In this document: in pieces, positions 20,592 through 32,651 of the stretch | Layout: each line of letters starts with the position of its first letter | How positions within the stretch are numbered: the first letter of the stretch is position 1 | NCBI GenBank assembly: GCA_964035545.1 | Contig: OZ037769.1 | Coordinates: 6,553,929 to 6,617,928 of the forward strand | Length of the DNA: 64,000 bases | Direction of reading: 5' to 3' | DNA from: Bugula neritina | Taxonomy: Eukaryota; Animalia; Bryozoa | Translations under genes and position numbers: made by a program | The notes under the pieces: generated by a model | Databases searched by the model: none | The model's input: the letters and a program-made list of their open reading frames with translations, nothing else | What the model was told of the DNA's origin: nothing

Positions 20592-22409
20592 ATCTAAAGT
20601 CAACAAAACAATGTCATAATATAAATGCTGGTTTTGCCTTTCGCAATGGCCGAATGGTAAGTACTCAGTATTACATACGCGGCTCAAATAAAGTTATGAA
20701 AGATAAACATCTTATAATATATATTACACAAGTAATACAAACTCCTGTTTAAAGATAAGATAAAATATATAATTATTGATTTATATAAAAAAAACAAGTT
20801 GATAACTTTTGTAAAAGGTTTTAGTATAATTACATGTTGTGAAGTTGATGGTAAAGGTGTTGCTAAATATAAACAATATTTCAGTGTAAAACATCCTTTG
20901 ATATATAATACATTAGGAATACAAACTTTCCTATAAAAGTAAAATAAATCGTATTTATAATTATTGATTTATATAGTATAAACCAAGTTGATAATTTTCC
21001 TAAAAGGTTTTAGCACAATTGCAAGTTTTTATGTTAATGGTGAAGGTGTTGCTACCTATTATATAAACAGCTTTTTACTGTAATACATTTAAAAGTTTGG
21101 TCAAAACTAATTTATGTATATAAATATATAGTTGAATGCTCGATCAACTTTCAACTATTGCTGGATTGATTTAGCTAAAACCAGCATTTTAAGCAACCAC
21201 ACGTAATTTGTAAATGTATGTGAGCTTGTTATTTGAATTTTCTAAAAGTTTTTTAAAATATTATGTGAAAAAACTTTCATGTTGAAACTTTGGAACCTGG
21301 CTTTTCATAGCACTATAAACTAAATACCAACCTGGGTATCCTGAAATAGTGGTAATCCTATAACATTCTAGTACTTATGTAACTCTACAGTTGAATTGCA
21401 CAGAATTTATGTTAATTCTATAGAGCAAGACCTACATACAGTGTGTAGGAATATTTATACAGCTTCCATCACAATAACATTTACATCTACAATTGATTAT
21501 TTCAGTGCAGTTGATGTTAGTATGTATATGTACTTTAGCGTTTGCATACTTTATTCTGTTTGCACTTGTTTTAACTTTTTATTACTTCTTCTAGTGAAAT
21601 GCGGCATAAAATATAGATATTTGAAAATTAATTGTTTGTTTAGGTATCATAATCAAACTTCAAAAATTGCAAAACTATAATTATTGCAAATAGTTGCAAA
21701 ATAGCCTGCGTTATACTGTTATAGGATATCCATTACATGTTCTAGGTGCTTTCTCTTTGCATTTGAAATAAATATTTCAACAGTTTGTTTTTGAATTTAT
21801 GTTATACCTGATAGTATGACATATTATAATATTACATTCTTAGAATACTTATTCCGCTTCACATATAACTACATTATTATAATCATCTAAGAACGTCATA
21901 TTAAATGCTTTCTGTACAACACACACACACGCACACGGATGCGCAGGCACATGCACGCACAAGGTAGCATTCTTATTTTCCATGGAGGCAAATAACTTTA
22001 TATAGCTCAGCTGTTACGCACAGAGTATGACACACTCCTGATTCATCAAATAACCTTCCAAATTGAATGCATTACATAGCTGCAATTAACTGTGTTTGTT
22101 TTGTCACAGCACACGCACACTTCATATACAGCAGACCGCACACTGCACACATATATACATTATATCATATATATGGTGTTCTATAGTAGGTCAGGTGCTT
22201 ATATAGTATACATACATACTAGGTACATTGTATGTAAAAATATTATGCACCTTCAAGCTTTTAGATTTATTACATTTACTCATTATGGTAATCATAAATT
22301 TCTTTAATGAATTTATCAGATCTTCAAAAGAAGGCGTTGAAACATCAAATTCAAAAGCAAAGAAAAATAATCTAGAACATGTGATGAATAAAGTAAAACA
22401 TTGAGATCG

Positions 22410-22844
22410 AATAGAACCTTTTCAGAGGTCCCCAATGTCCAGCTTACAATTAAGAGTTGTGCTCTCTTAAAATGAAAATTGTTAAACAAAATAAACTATT
22501 GAACTCATTTTTGTGGTTTTGGTTGCTGAGCAATGCTGAAATGCCATTTCAGCATTGCTCCGTAACCAATACCACAAAACCGCTTTTAAAAGTTTATTTT
22601 CTTAAAAGAATTTTCATGAAGAAATACTGTTAAAATTTTTTTGAACTGCTAATATGTGTGCTTATGCCCAAATATCTATCTCCTAAAAGAGCAATTCTTT
22701 ATCATAATTAGAATTTTATGTAGCAGCCAAACTTTAAATTTTCAATGAGTTTGTGCTTTATACAAAAGTTCAACCTATTCGATTTGGGAGGACACAACTC
22801 TTAATTGTAAAGAGGATACCAGGGACTTCTGAAAAGGGTCTATT
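22410..22844. mobile_element. Same long-TIR MITE, unit 3
   Basis: Homologous to 12481..12912, with the same TIRs and hairpin. Confidence 0.75.
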
Positions 22845-23768
22845 ATTATGGGACATAGGGTTTGTTAGGTTGATCAACCAATAAAGTAGCTCTTCAGTGC
22901 CAGCTTGCTGACTTTTACATTTAACTTCTCTACCAAGAATTCACATTAATTAGGTTTAATTGTCTTGTTGCATCTGCATGTTTGTTTGCATCTAAAAAGC
23001 TTCTACTGCTGTCAAGAGTCAAATATATGGACAACTCTGAAATGTGGATAGCACATGGTAAAACTGCTGCTGAAAATTTTTACTAACTGTCAAACAAGAA
23101 GTCGTCTTCTCAATAGTAGATATATGTAATTAAATCATTTCGAAATCTAGAGCTGAGAAGAAACAATAACCAGGAAAGCATGTGAATTGCATACAATATT
23201 CAATAAGCAGATAATTCCAACATGTATAATCTCAAAGATCATATCCAACATGTATACTGCATTACTAAAGCAGGTATAGTATTACCTTGCTAACTTACAT
23301 TGATCAACCTTTCACTCACTCAAAATGTTGTTATAGTACAGTTAGTAGTATTTAAAAAAACTTAGAATTTAAAGGAAATTAAAATATTTATTTCTCAAGC
23401 ACATATTCAACCAATATTTTGCACATATACATGTAATAATGATGCATGGAGTTGATTTATTCGTGAATGCAGATACAATATTTATAATGAGCAAACAATA
23501 GTTTATTTTTGCTAAATTTAAAAAAGAATCAAAATACTCAGTAAATGTATAATGATGTGTAGCTTTTTTGTTATTTCACTTTGAACACAATCACAATGAA
23601 TTTTCAACACGAATGAAAGACTTTCTTCATATACCATCTCCCACTTGAAAGTAGTGCAACACTAATTACTACATGCATCAAACAAATAGCAACATTAAAA
23701 AAGTTTATTACACTTATACTTAAAACAGAGGCAGTTAGACGAAGACAGGGCAACGTTTTTGTATCTTG

Positions 23769-26700
23769 TTACAAGCCATGGACCTCAATCTCATAAAGAT
23801 TAAGAAAGTCTGTTACATTAAACAAGACTTGAACAAACTGCCCTCTGATTGGTTGATGACATGTCATGAGAGTAAAGGCTTGGTTTAAAAGACCATCATG
23901 ATAATAGCAGAGAACTTCTTGGTTGGTTCCGGTGTATTCTATATCTTCTTCTGCCATAGACACAGTTATCTCAGCATCTTTCGACCTTCTCCATGCACCA
24001 GCCCCCTTCAAAAGATTTTGAAGCATTATAACATTGTTAAAATAAATTGTATTTATGTGTACAAGGGCAGAAACAAAATAACTTTTAAGTGTAACTATGT
24101 AGATATATAATATTTCTGACTGAAAAAAATGAATCTCTCATTTTCTCACATTAAGTTTTAATTGGCTAATTAACCTCAACCTAAGTGCAGTGCATAAAGT
24201 ATCAGCAATGGTCTAGACTCTAGAGGCTAGAGCGGTATCATACAAATAGCTGTTAAATTTTTTAACCACCAAGAATAGATAAAGTTTACAAAAAACTGCT
24301 GTCAAAAATTACTCACATTGAAACATATTCTAGAGCTGCCATCTTACTTACATTCTCATTTCTATTCAGTATGTTGACTGCCCAAATACAATAAACAGCT
24401 TCAAGATCAACTCTCCACCAGGGTCTAGTTTCTCTGTTAGTGTGGGCCAAATTGGAAGGCTGATCAGCAGCGGGGAGATAATTTCCATCATTGCCATATG
24501 CAGCTTTCTTTGGATCATCCCGGTATGAAGATGATAGCCGTGATGGTTTACCTATCAAAACATACAGACTCTAAAATTGGTTTCAAGCAATTTGTAGAAT
24601 ATGTAGATTTGTCTTCTGTCTCCATTTTAGTGACACTAATAGTTCAATATATTCTACTCTTTCCAGATACAGTTTGAAATGGCTAAAGTTACCTCGTCAA
24701 ATACATTCATTGTAGTACAGTAAATGAATTAATTTTACTGTATTGTGGCAAAAAATTTTAGAAATAGTAAATACAATTTAAATTATATTGAGCGCTTGTT
24801 TTTAAATATGTGTGTATATATTAAATGCTGGATAATTTTAGACCCTATAGTTACGCCAAACCGGTGACAAGTGATCATAGCATGCAGCAGCAGTAAAAAT
24901 GTCAATGACCGTAATCATCAAGGAACTATTTATTCTCAATCAATTTTTCTCATGGCTTCAAGTATCAAAGAATACAGCGGGCTGCAGTCATTCTAATAAA
25001 TGTAATGCCTTTTATTATAGGGGTAACGGGGGCACAACGGTCATAGGGGTACAAAAAGCCGCCCAAATTGTGAGAGAACTTATTGACTTAGAGTTGTGAT
25101 TTTTTTTCATAAAAAGGTAATGACATAAATATTCAGCCATTGTAGTTTCAACACTTGCGGAACACACGTGTTGAAAAGGCGAGTGAAAAATTGTTTTTAC
25201 CTACTTTTTGTAAAATTCTCAAGATGTCGTTAAAGCTTTATAACTTTTTACACTTAAAGGCAACAAGTCTAGATTTTACTGATATTGTTGCCATTGCTTG
25301 TCTCTACATTGCTTAACTAGTATAACAGCAAACTCTAAAATAAATTTTCCTCGAAGCACATTTATGTTCAATTTGGCCATCCGGGGCACAATGGGCCACG
25401 CTGACCGGGGCACAATGGGCCACCTGATTATTGTACCCTGATCACTGTTATTAGTTTGTTTGCCCAAAAAGTTGGTTGAAATGTTACTAAAATCTATAGA
25501 TATAGCCATTTCTGACCTTTTTGTAAAATATCAAAGATATCATGGTAAGACTACAAAACTACAATGTGAAGCTCCCCTAATATATACATCTAGTGAGGTT
25601 AAAGCTTTGCTGTATCATACATAATACAGAACACTCTGCTGTTCCTACTAGTTATAGATAGTCATGATATTCATTATACATTATATCATTGAAGGAATAT
25701 ACATGTATTTGACTAAAATAAATTGTGATTTGCTCATTCGCTCCCCCCTCTCCCTTCCGTACTCCAGCCACCAACCGAAGCCATGCACCTTAGCTACAGT
25801 TCATAGAAAAAATTCCACTCAGAATTTTGTAGTACATGTTACTAAAGTTTTTTTTCTGATATAAGTTTGCCTGAAGTGTAAATAAAAAATTTTTTAGTTC
25901 TAAACAGTAATGATAATGGCACCGTAAAACTGAGTGATGTGCGTTTGATTTTGCCTTCCTCTGCTATATGTAGTGGCACAAACTGTGCAGCTAAAACATG
26001 AATTTTGCTGTAGATCTGAAAGAATATTTATATTTATTTGTAATAATAAATAAATTAAGATTAGATGCACCAACATCTGCAAAGTTTCAATATATTTGTT
26101 GAGTCCCACCCAGTGGCCCATTGTACCCCGGTACCGGGGCACAATGGGCCGATTTTTTCGTCATGAAAATTTCATTATTCTGAAAGTTGTGAGAGAGATA
26201 GAAACAACAAACTGATACCTGTAATAGACAACAGATGCAGCATTTAGACTAGAGATTGTTAAACTAGTAACTTGAAAAACAGACGAATGAGGGCAAAAAA
26301 TGCAAAACTCGGCCCGTTGTGCCCCCGTTACCCCTAATAATCTTTATCCTGAGCCCAAAATTTACTTGAAATAATATATAAAGCTCTTTACAGAAAATAC
26401 TGCAGCTGTGAAAAAATTATAAATATTAGGTTTCAGTTCTATTTTATGTCTTTGAGCTGCAGTAAAACGATAATAAATATGTGTTTGCTGATAAACATAC
26501 ATGCGAAGAATTGATTTTTAAATTTCTTGAGTGCTACCTTAAAAGTGATTAGCCCTTTTAGCTTTCTTAATTAACCGCTATAGGTATTATATCATATAAT
26601 GTATCATATATAATAGTATTGTAATAATTTATTTTCATGGTAAAAGTTTTCAATTTTATATTTGCCAGTTTCAGTTGATTGGGGGTTAAATACAGATGGC

Positions 26701-28449
26701 ATAGAGTAAAGCCCACATAAGACTTGCGCATCGACTATACTCCTCCTGCATCTTCTTCGGAAAGAATAGATACAGAAAGATATCACAGGCTCTATAAGGT
26801 GGCAAGAAACTTGTCACCAAATTCAAATGCATTTATCTACCATGTGATGATACCCAACAATGAGATAAAGCTCTGATGCCATTTGCTATTTCCTATATAT
26901 GCTAATTCATACATATATAATATATGTTATATTCTATAGGTTAAAGTGCATATATGCTATGCATACCCACCGACAGAAATTAAAGTGTAATATATGCTGT
27001 AATATATTCTAGGGAGCAGCGGTGGTCTAGCAGTTAGAGCGTTTGCCTAGTGAACACGAGGTCATTGGTTCGAGCCCGGACAAAGGCCATTGGTAAAGTT
27101 AGGAAGAGCATCCCGTCATAATATAATGCTCCTGTGTCTCGTTTAAATAAGTCCTTAGCTCGCTTTAACAAAAACCCTTTCTATCACGGGTTCTCACAGA
27201 GATAGCGACTATAAATTTGCATCAGTTTATATGCTATATATTCTATATTCTATACGCTATATGCATGCTATAGGTATATGCTAGGCTCTATAAATGCTAT
27301 GTTCTATACGCTATCTTCTATATGCTATGCGTACACAGGTTGATTCGTACCCATTCTGTTCCGGTCGTTTCGTGCACAGCAATATAAATTACCTAAAATA
27401 CATATTTTCTGATATTTATTTATTATTTAATGTATTAGACGTACAGAACCGCTCACAAGTAACTTGCAAATTTCATTTCACCGCATGCTTATTTATTATT
27501 GTGACACGGAGCTCAGGGTTTCAGATTTGGGGTTAGTTTATTATTTATTTTGTGTATACAAAATGGACAGCAGTTTGTGTATGAGACGAAAATTTTGTGT
27601 ATGAAACGACAGCAACCCACTAAGCATATATTATATATGTTATATGCTATAGTAAATGTTCTCAATTTTGCTGTTGCAAAACAATGAATAGAAATTTTTT
27701 ATTGGTCAATTACAAAACTTAAAACCATGATTACAACTATTTTTATTTAAAGTGCAGTGCTCACGAAGGCATGAATTATTATGCTACCAATTTTTCACAC
27801 AAACAAATATAAACATCACACACTTACCTAAAGCTAGGAACATGTTCAGAAATGTGTGAAGGTCATCTCTAACGTAAACAGCAGAGCCATTTCCAATGTC
27901 TTTAGTGAGCTGATTAGGATTGAGACAAATCTCAAATGTACACTCTGTGAGTGTCTGGACATGGAGGTGATATCCATGACATCTCTTATTGATGAGACAT
28001 TCATAAGCACAGAGGTGTGTAGAGTGGTGACCCTGTGAGATATTTACTGATGATGTCACCAGCTCTGAAGAAAAACTCATTCTAGTGAAACCACCAACTT
28101 CTGTCAGGCCAGCCACAACAGGGACCATGACTGCCAAAATTGCTACAATATTTCATATACCTTTGTCATAAACAGGTGATAAAAAGCAGGTCAATTATAG
28201 TTATTATATACACAATACTTTAATCAAATTATATTGCATGAAAATAAAAATATTTCTGTAAATGCCATCCTTTGATTCATGCTAATTTTATCCTTGCAAA
28301 TAGTTAAACATAATTTATAGTTTAATGTCATGCTAGGAGTCCTGCAACTACATAAAAAGTTTACAAATGCTTTAGAGAGATAGACTAGTTTCTTGGAGTT
28401 ATAGAATGAGTTTATGTGATTGCTGATTTAACTTACCTACAATCTCCAT
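23769..28449 (-). CDS. Secreted PAN/apple + F-type lectin protein, copy 4 (divergent FTLD, 254 aa)
   Basis: complement(join(23769..24005,24352..24551,27828..28142,28437..28449)); MEIVAILAVMVPVVAG...LALGKPSRLSSSYRDDPKKAAYGNDGNYLPAADQPSNLAHTNRETRPWWRVDL...NRNENGAGAWRRSKDAEITV. Intron 2 is expanded to 3276 bp, partly by identifiable TE insertions. Confidence 0.88.
25020..26334. mobile_element. Non-autonomous DNA transposon, Tc1/mariner-pogo-like (1315 bp)
   Basis: Perfect 21-bp TIRs GGGGTAACGGGGGCACAACGG (25020..25040 and 26314..26334), TA on both flanks; internal TIR-like repeats CCGGGGCACAATGGGCC at ~25381, ~25405 and as a palindrome at ~26113..26150; no transposase ORF. Confidence 0.88.
27012..27222 (+). 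mobile_element. tRNA-derived SINE, copy 1 (~210 bp)
   Basis: tRNA-like head with A box (TGGTCTAGCAGTTAG) and B box (GGTTCGAGCCC), then a body shared with 35862..36069 and 55011..55220. Confidence 0.82.
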
Positions 28450-31228
28450 ATCTCTATTTAACAAAACACTGTTATAGATGCTGACTTCACCTAAAAGCTG
28501 CTCAAATAAAGTCATGAAAAACCAACATCTTATGTTTATATTACACCAGAGATATAACAAACTCTTCTTTGAAGATAAGATAAAATATATAATTATTGAT
28601 TTATATAATATAAAACAGAATTATAATTTTCCTGAAAGGTTTTAGTATAATTGCAAGTTGTTGAGTTGATGGTAAACGTGTTGATCTTTGATCACATTTG
28701 ATGAATACAAACAGACTTTGCTGTAATATATGTTCTGAAGTTTGTTTAGGAAATGAAAAAGCTTTAAGTTGCACTTTGGATAACAAGCTTTTTGCTTTGA
28801 TATCGTGATTAAAAAGAAAACACAACATTTATACATGTATATTTCACAACCAAAACACGTTTCAACTATATCAACTTTTGCTGCATGAACACAGCATTTT
28901 CTCGGCATGTGAATAATAATAATACTACATGCAGATAAACATTTTCGTGTTGACACTTCTAAGCGTAGCTTTTTATAAAACTACTCACTTTACCTCTACT
29001 TAGAAATTTAAATTAACATAAAACAGCTTTAGAAAAATCCTCCATCAGTGTATTGATACTTGTTTGAGCTTTAAATCTACAACTTTATTATTACCATAAT
29101 TTCAATTTGAAAAATGTTCTGTCAACATAACAAACAAATAACTTTATCATAATAAAATAATATAGTACAGTTATAAAGATAGTAAAGTTATAGTGTATAT
29201 AGTAAAGTTATATAGATAGTACAGTTATATATAGATAGTACAGTATATATAATACAGGTCACATCTTTGGATCTGTTTCCTTGAATAAGGTGCTCGTCCT
29301 GAGGTGATGAACTAGCAATTATTATCACATTGAACCAGAAAATAGCCCAAACCAGCTGCAATGCAACTGATGACCCAAAATATCAGCATAACTACAAACA
29401 TGCAGCAGCACTTTCCACAAGCACCTGGAATATAAAATGACAAGATGAGATTAACTAAACCTTGTATATCTATAAACTTTCAAAGAAGCATGTTTGTAAT
29501 TTCACCTAAATACCTAAACATTAGACAAAGTGAATTGTTTTTTTAACAAAACACTTTAACTAAAGACTTTGCAAGAAATTAGTTTAAATAATAATACTGT
29601 GGTTAACTGAGGCTCCCGAATACCAGTATATATAAACTGTTCCACTTTCTCTGCTAGTTCTATTACAATTTATTTCACAAAAGTGTTGAATATATGATCT
29701 CATGCAGTTTAATCTACTCAAATAGTACAGCACCTGCTGACTGACAGCAAGAGAAACACGATCCTGACTCCACATCCCCAATATCAGAGTGACAGCCAGA
29801 TGCACAGGAGTCTCCCCTCACACCACTACAGGTAAATCCGCATATACCTGTTTCAACAAACACAAGATGCCACAAACATATTCTTATCACGGAGAATGCT
29901 CAGGATTATACACAGAGTAGGAATACAAAAAGAAGTGACAACATATACAGATAAATGCTCTTTGTACAGTCACTGCCAAATTGCTACTATTCTTAAATGG
30001 ATAGTGATAGTGTTGCATACTACATATGTGTTAGATAAGAAAACACTGCTAAAGAAGCTACTGTGTGCCCTTATAGAATGTTCAACCTGCATCCTAAACC
30101 CAACTTTATAAGAATAGTTGCAAGAACTTTAGCTAGTTATGGGGAGTTTCTGTTATGAAATTTAAAGGCAAAGTAAATTATAAAATTAAAAAAATAATTT
30201 AATTTGAGTGGTTGTCATCTATAATTCTGTATTTATGCTATAATAGCCTTATTTAGAATGCATAAGTTATATAACTGGTGCAGGAAAATGGCCTATATAT
30301 GTATATTTTTATTTTCTATTGCACATTTCTATTGGCACATTTTCAATTTTAGGGTGGGGGGGGGGGTTGGGAATGAGGGGTTTAAGTTTGGGGATGAGGG
30401 CTTGAGTTTGGGGGCTTGGATTTTTGGTGGGGAGTTTGGGCGCTAAGAAACTTTAACATCAGTGTGCCAATAAATTACCTACTTTGCTATTTGTGCCATT
30501 ATTACCTGTGCCAGTTTTACCTGTGCCATTTTTACCTAAAATCTTATCGTACTATTTGTATTCACTTTTACAGCAGCCTCTCTTCATAAATGCAGCTAGT
30601 AATCACATGCTAAGGCGTACCACTTGGTATATAAACGTACTTATATACTTATAGTAAAACATGTAATGGTGCATTTATACCTTTGTTGAAAAAAGTACCT
30701 ATTTTCAGCTAATCTCACTTTTTTGAGTACCCCTTTATAGTTTTACGGAAAGTCGTTGATTAAATCATGTTGATGCGGAAGCTTACTTCGTAATAGTAAA
30801 ATATGAATCGTTTAATCGCTATTTGATGATCTTTGAAAAATAACGAATTAGTTAAGTTGACAGCATAAAAACAATAATTGAGAAACGCAGCTGACATAGT
30901 AATTATAAACATAAACACATATATCTACAAGGAGTTATCATTCCCTTTGATAGTTATTCTGGAACCGGCTGATTAAGTTACCAGTAGTCAAACATTTTCA
31001 ACTTGGCAAAATTAAATTTTTGACTGAAAATCGTGAAGGCATAGGCCTAATTGCACTTGAACTACTGCCAATGCAACCTGTAAAGCAGATAATTTTCATT
31101 AAAATGGGTAGGTTAGTTAAAACTTTATATCAAGAGTGGAAAGAAAGTATGTCAATACGTATTTATGAATAAACAAAGCATTGAATGTAGAAAATTATTA
31201 TTAGTAGTGAGAGATGCAGGTGTAATAG

Positions 31229-31824
31229 CAGTGGTTCTCAACTTTTTCATAATATTCCCCCTTTCATAAACATTACTATTAATTCCCCTTTTTTTCTAAT
31301 AACTCATCGAGTCTGGGGAAAGGCGCTATATTGTTGATGCGGGCATGTGTCTGCCACAACTTCAGTTTAGCTTTGAAAGCATTGATGCTGCACTATGAAA
31401 CGAAATGATTTATGATGCATATTTAGATTCTGGTTATTTAGTGTAGCAAATGTATCTACTAGGTATGCATTATACAGTCCATAGAGATTAGCTTGCATCA
31501 TGGCTGCTAAAAATTCCCATTGCTTTTTTGCTTCCAATCAAAACTTCTTAACCCCCATTCAAAGTAGCAGCAAGGGTAGAGTGAGCAATAGACACATGCA
31601 TATGCAGAAGTAGACTTAGATTGCAAGATTTAATGTGGGTAAATGAATGAACAAACATGAAGGCAGTATAGTTAGATATGCATGTACTGTAACTTGGAAA
31701 ATGAGGCAAGATCTCAAAAAGTTAACTACAAACTTGGTGAAATTATAAAAAATAAAATTCCCCTTTTTTCAAAGTAACACAAGTTTTCCCCAAGGGGGAA
31801 TTCCCTCCAGGTTTGGAATAACTG
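31229..31824. mobile_element. Degenerate hAT (Charlie-like) non-autonomous element
   Basis: Ends CAGTGGTTCTCAAC ... GTTTGGAATAACTG with subterminal TTCCCC repeats at both ends; no clean 8-bp TSD. Confidence 0.5.
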
Positions 31825-32149
31825 AGGTAGATAGTGGCTGGTAGTAAGATATGAGATGCAGGTGTAATAGCTACATGCTATTAATAGAAAACACTTCAAC
31901 ATTCCATCCGTGTTGCTTCACTGATGATCTACACAACAACATGTATCTGGTCTAGTTGCTGAGATAGCATATAAATGCCGGTGTTTCCTACCTCTTCGCT
32001 GAAGGACAGAGTTAGTACACCGAATGAAAAGATGACACATGTTATACCAGAAAATGAATCTCACCAATAGAGCATTTATACGTAAGATGTGCCAGCATAT
32101 CTTACGTAGCAGTTTAACTTACAAAGTAAAAGTGGATATACAATAAACA

Positions 32150-32337
32150 CTAGACCAAGAGATCCGCCCAAGCATATTCCAATTACGATTCCCAAGGTTT
32201 TCCCGGTGAATGGGTGACATCTTGATTTAGACGGACATGGCCTAGACCAAGAGATCCGCCCAAGCATATTCCAATTACGATTCCCAAGGTTTTCCCGGTG
32301 AATGGGTGACATCTTGATTTAGACGGACATGGCCTAG
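32150..32337. repeat. Perfect 92-bp tandem duplication inside a coding exon
   Basis: CTAG recurs at 32150, 32242 and 32334; the two 92-bp units between them are identical. Confidence 0.95.
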
Positions 32338-32546
32338 CAAAATTAGCAGTTGTTGTACTGGTTTCATTCACTTGAGTCACGTTATTTAGGTTTACTTGAT
32401 CATGTGACAGCTGCTGACTCTGTGATTGGTGAAGCAAACAAGCCACCACCAAAATAACAAGTATCAGGAGTGTGTTCAGCTTCATCGTCTTCCAGCTTTA
32501 ATCTGAAACATGGCACAAATTGATAGGGCAGGTAAAAACCGTGTAT

Positions 32547-32599
32547 AGTGTGTTCGTGTTCGTGTGTGTGTGTGTTCGTGTGTGTGTGTGTTCGTGTTC

Positions 32600-32646
<47 letters not shown>
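32547..32646. repeat. Interrupted (GT)n/(GTGTTC)n microsatellite
   Basis: Direct reading. Confidence 0.9.

Positions 32647-32651
<5 letters not shown>

Larger units (their letters stand above)
7850..24005. repeat. Tandem segmental array, ~4.96-4.99 kb unit, carrying the lectin genes
   Basis: Stop codons of the four copies at 8851, 13812, 18806 and 23769 (spacings 4961, 4994, 4963). Intergenic DNA, MITE and microsatellite recur in each unit. Left edge approximate (7850-8060 resembles 13430-13620 and 23350-23560). Confidence 0.92.
29312..32485 (-). pseudogene. Cysteine-rich IFI27/ISG12-family-like membrane protein; frameshifted in this haplotype by a 92-bp duplication
   Basis: Exons 32123..32485, 29734..29847, 29312..29424 (phase 1-1, GT-AG). 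Removing one 92-bp unit gives a 165-aa ORF: signal peptide MKLNTLLILVILVVACLLHQSQS, TM1 LGIVIGICLGGSLGLVFIVYPLLLC, ISG12-like motif GFTCSGVRGDSCASGCHSDIGDVESGSCFSCCQSAGA, TM2 MFVVMLIFWVISCIAAGLGYFLV. Family assigned by eye. Confidence 0.75.

Noticed and set aside
25276-25509. Recurring ORF MAISIDFSNIS... (also 42695..42889) as a transposase or small gene
   Set aside because: No DDE or HTH motif; frames diverge between copies; it recurs only because the element is repeated.
27012-27085. Functional tRNA gene
   Set aside because: No proper acceptor stem, and it continues into a body shared by three dispersed copies, so it is a SINE. The 37563 sequence has a mutated T loop.
31985-32010. 7-nt microexon (CAG|CGAAGAG|GTAGG, minus strand) in the ISG12-like gene
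   Set aside because: It would break the phase that otherwise joins the exons perfectly, and it lies downstream of the premature stop so cannot rescue the frameshift.
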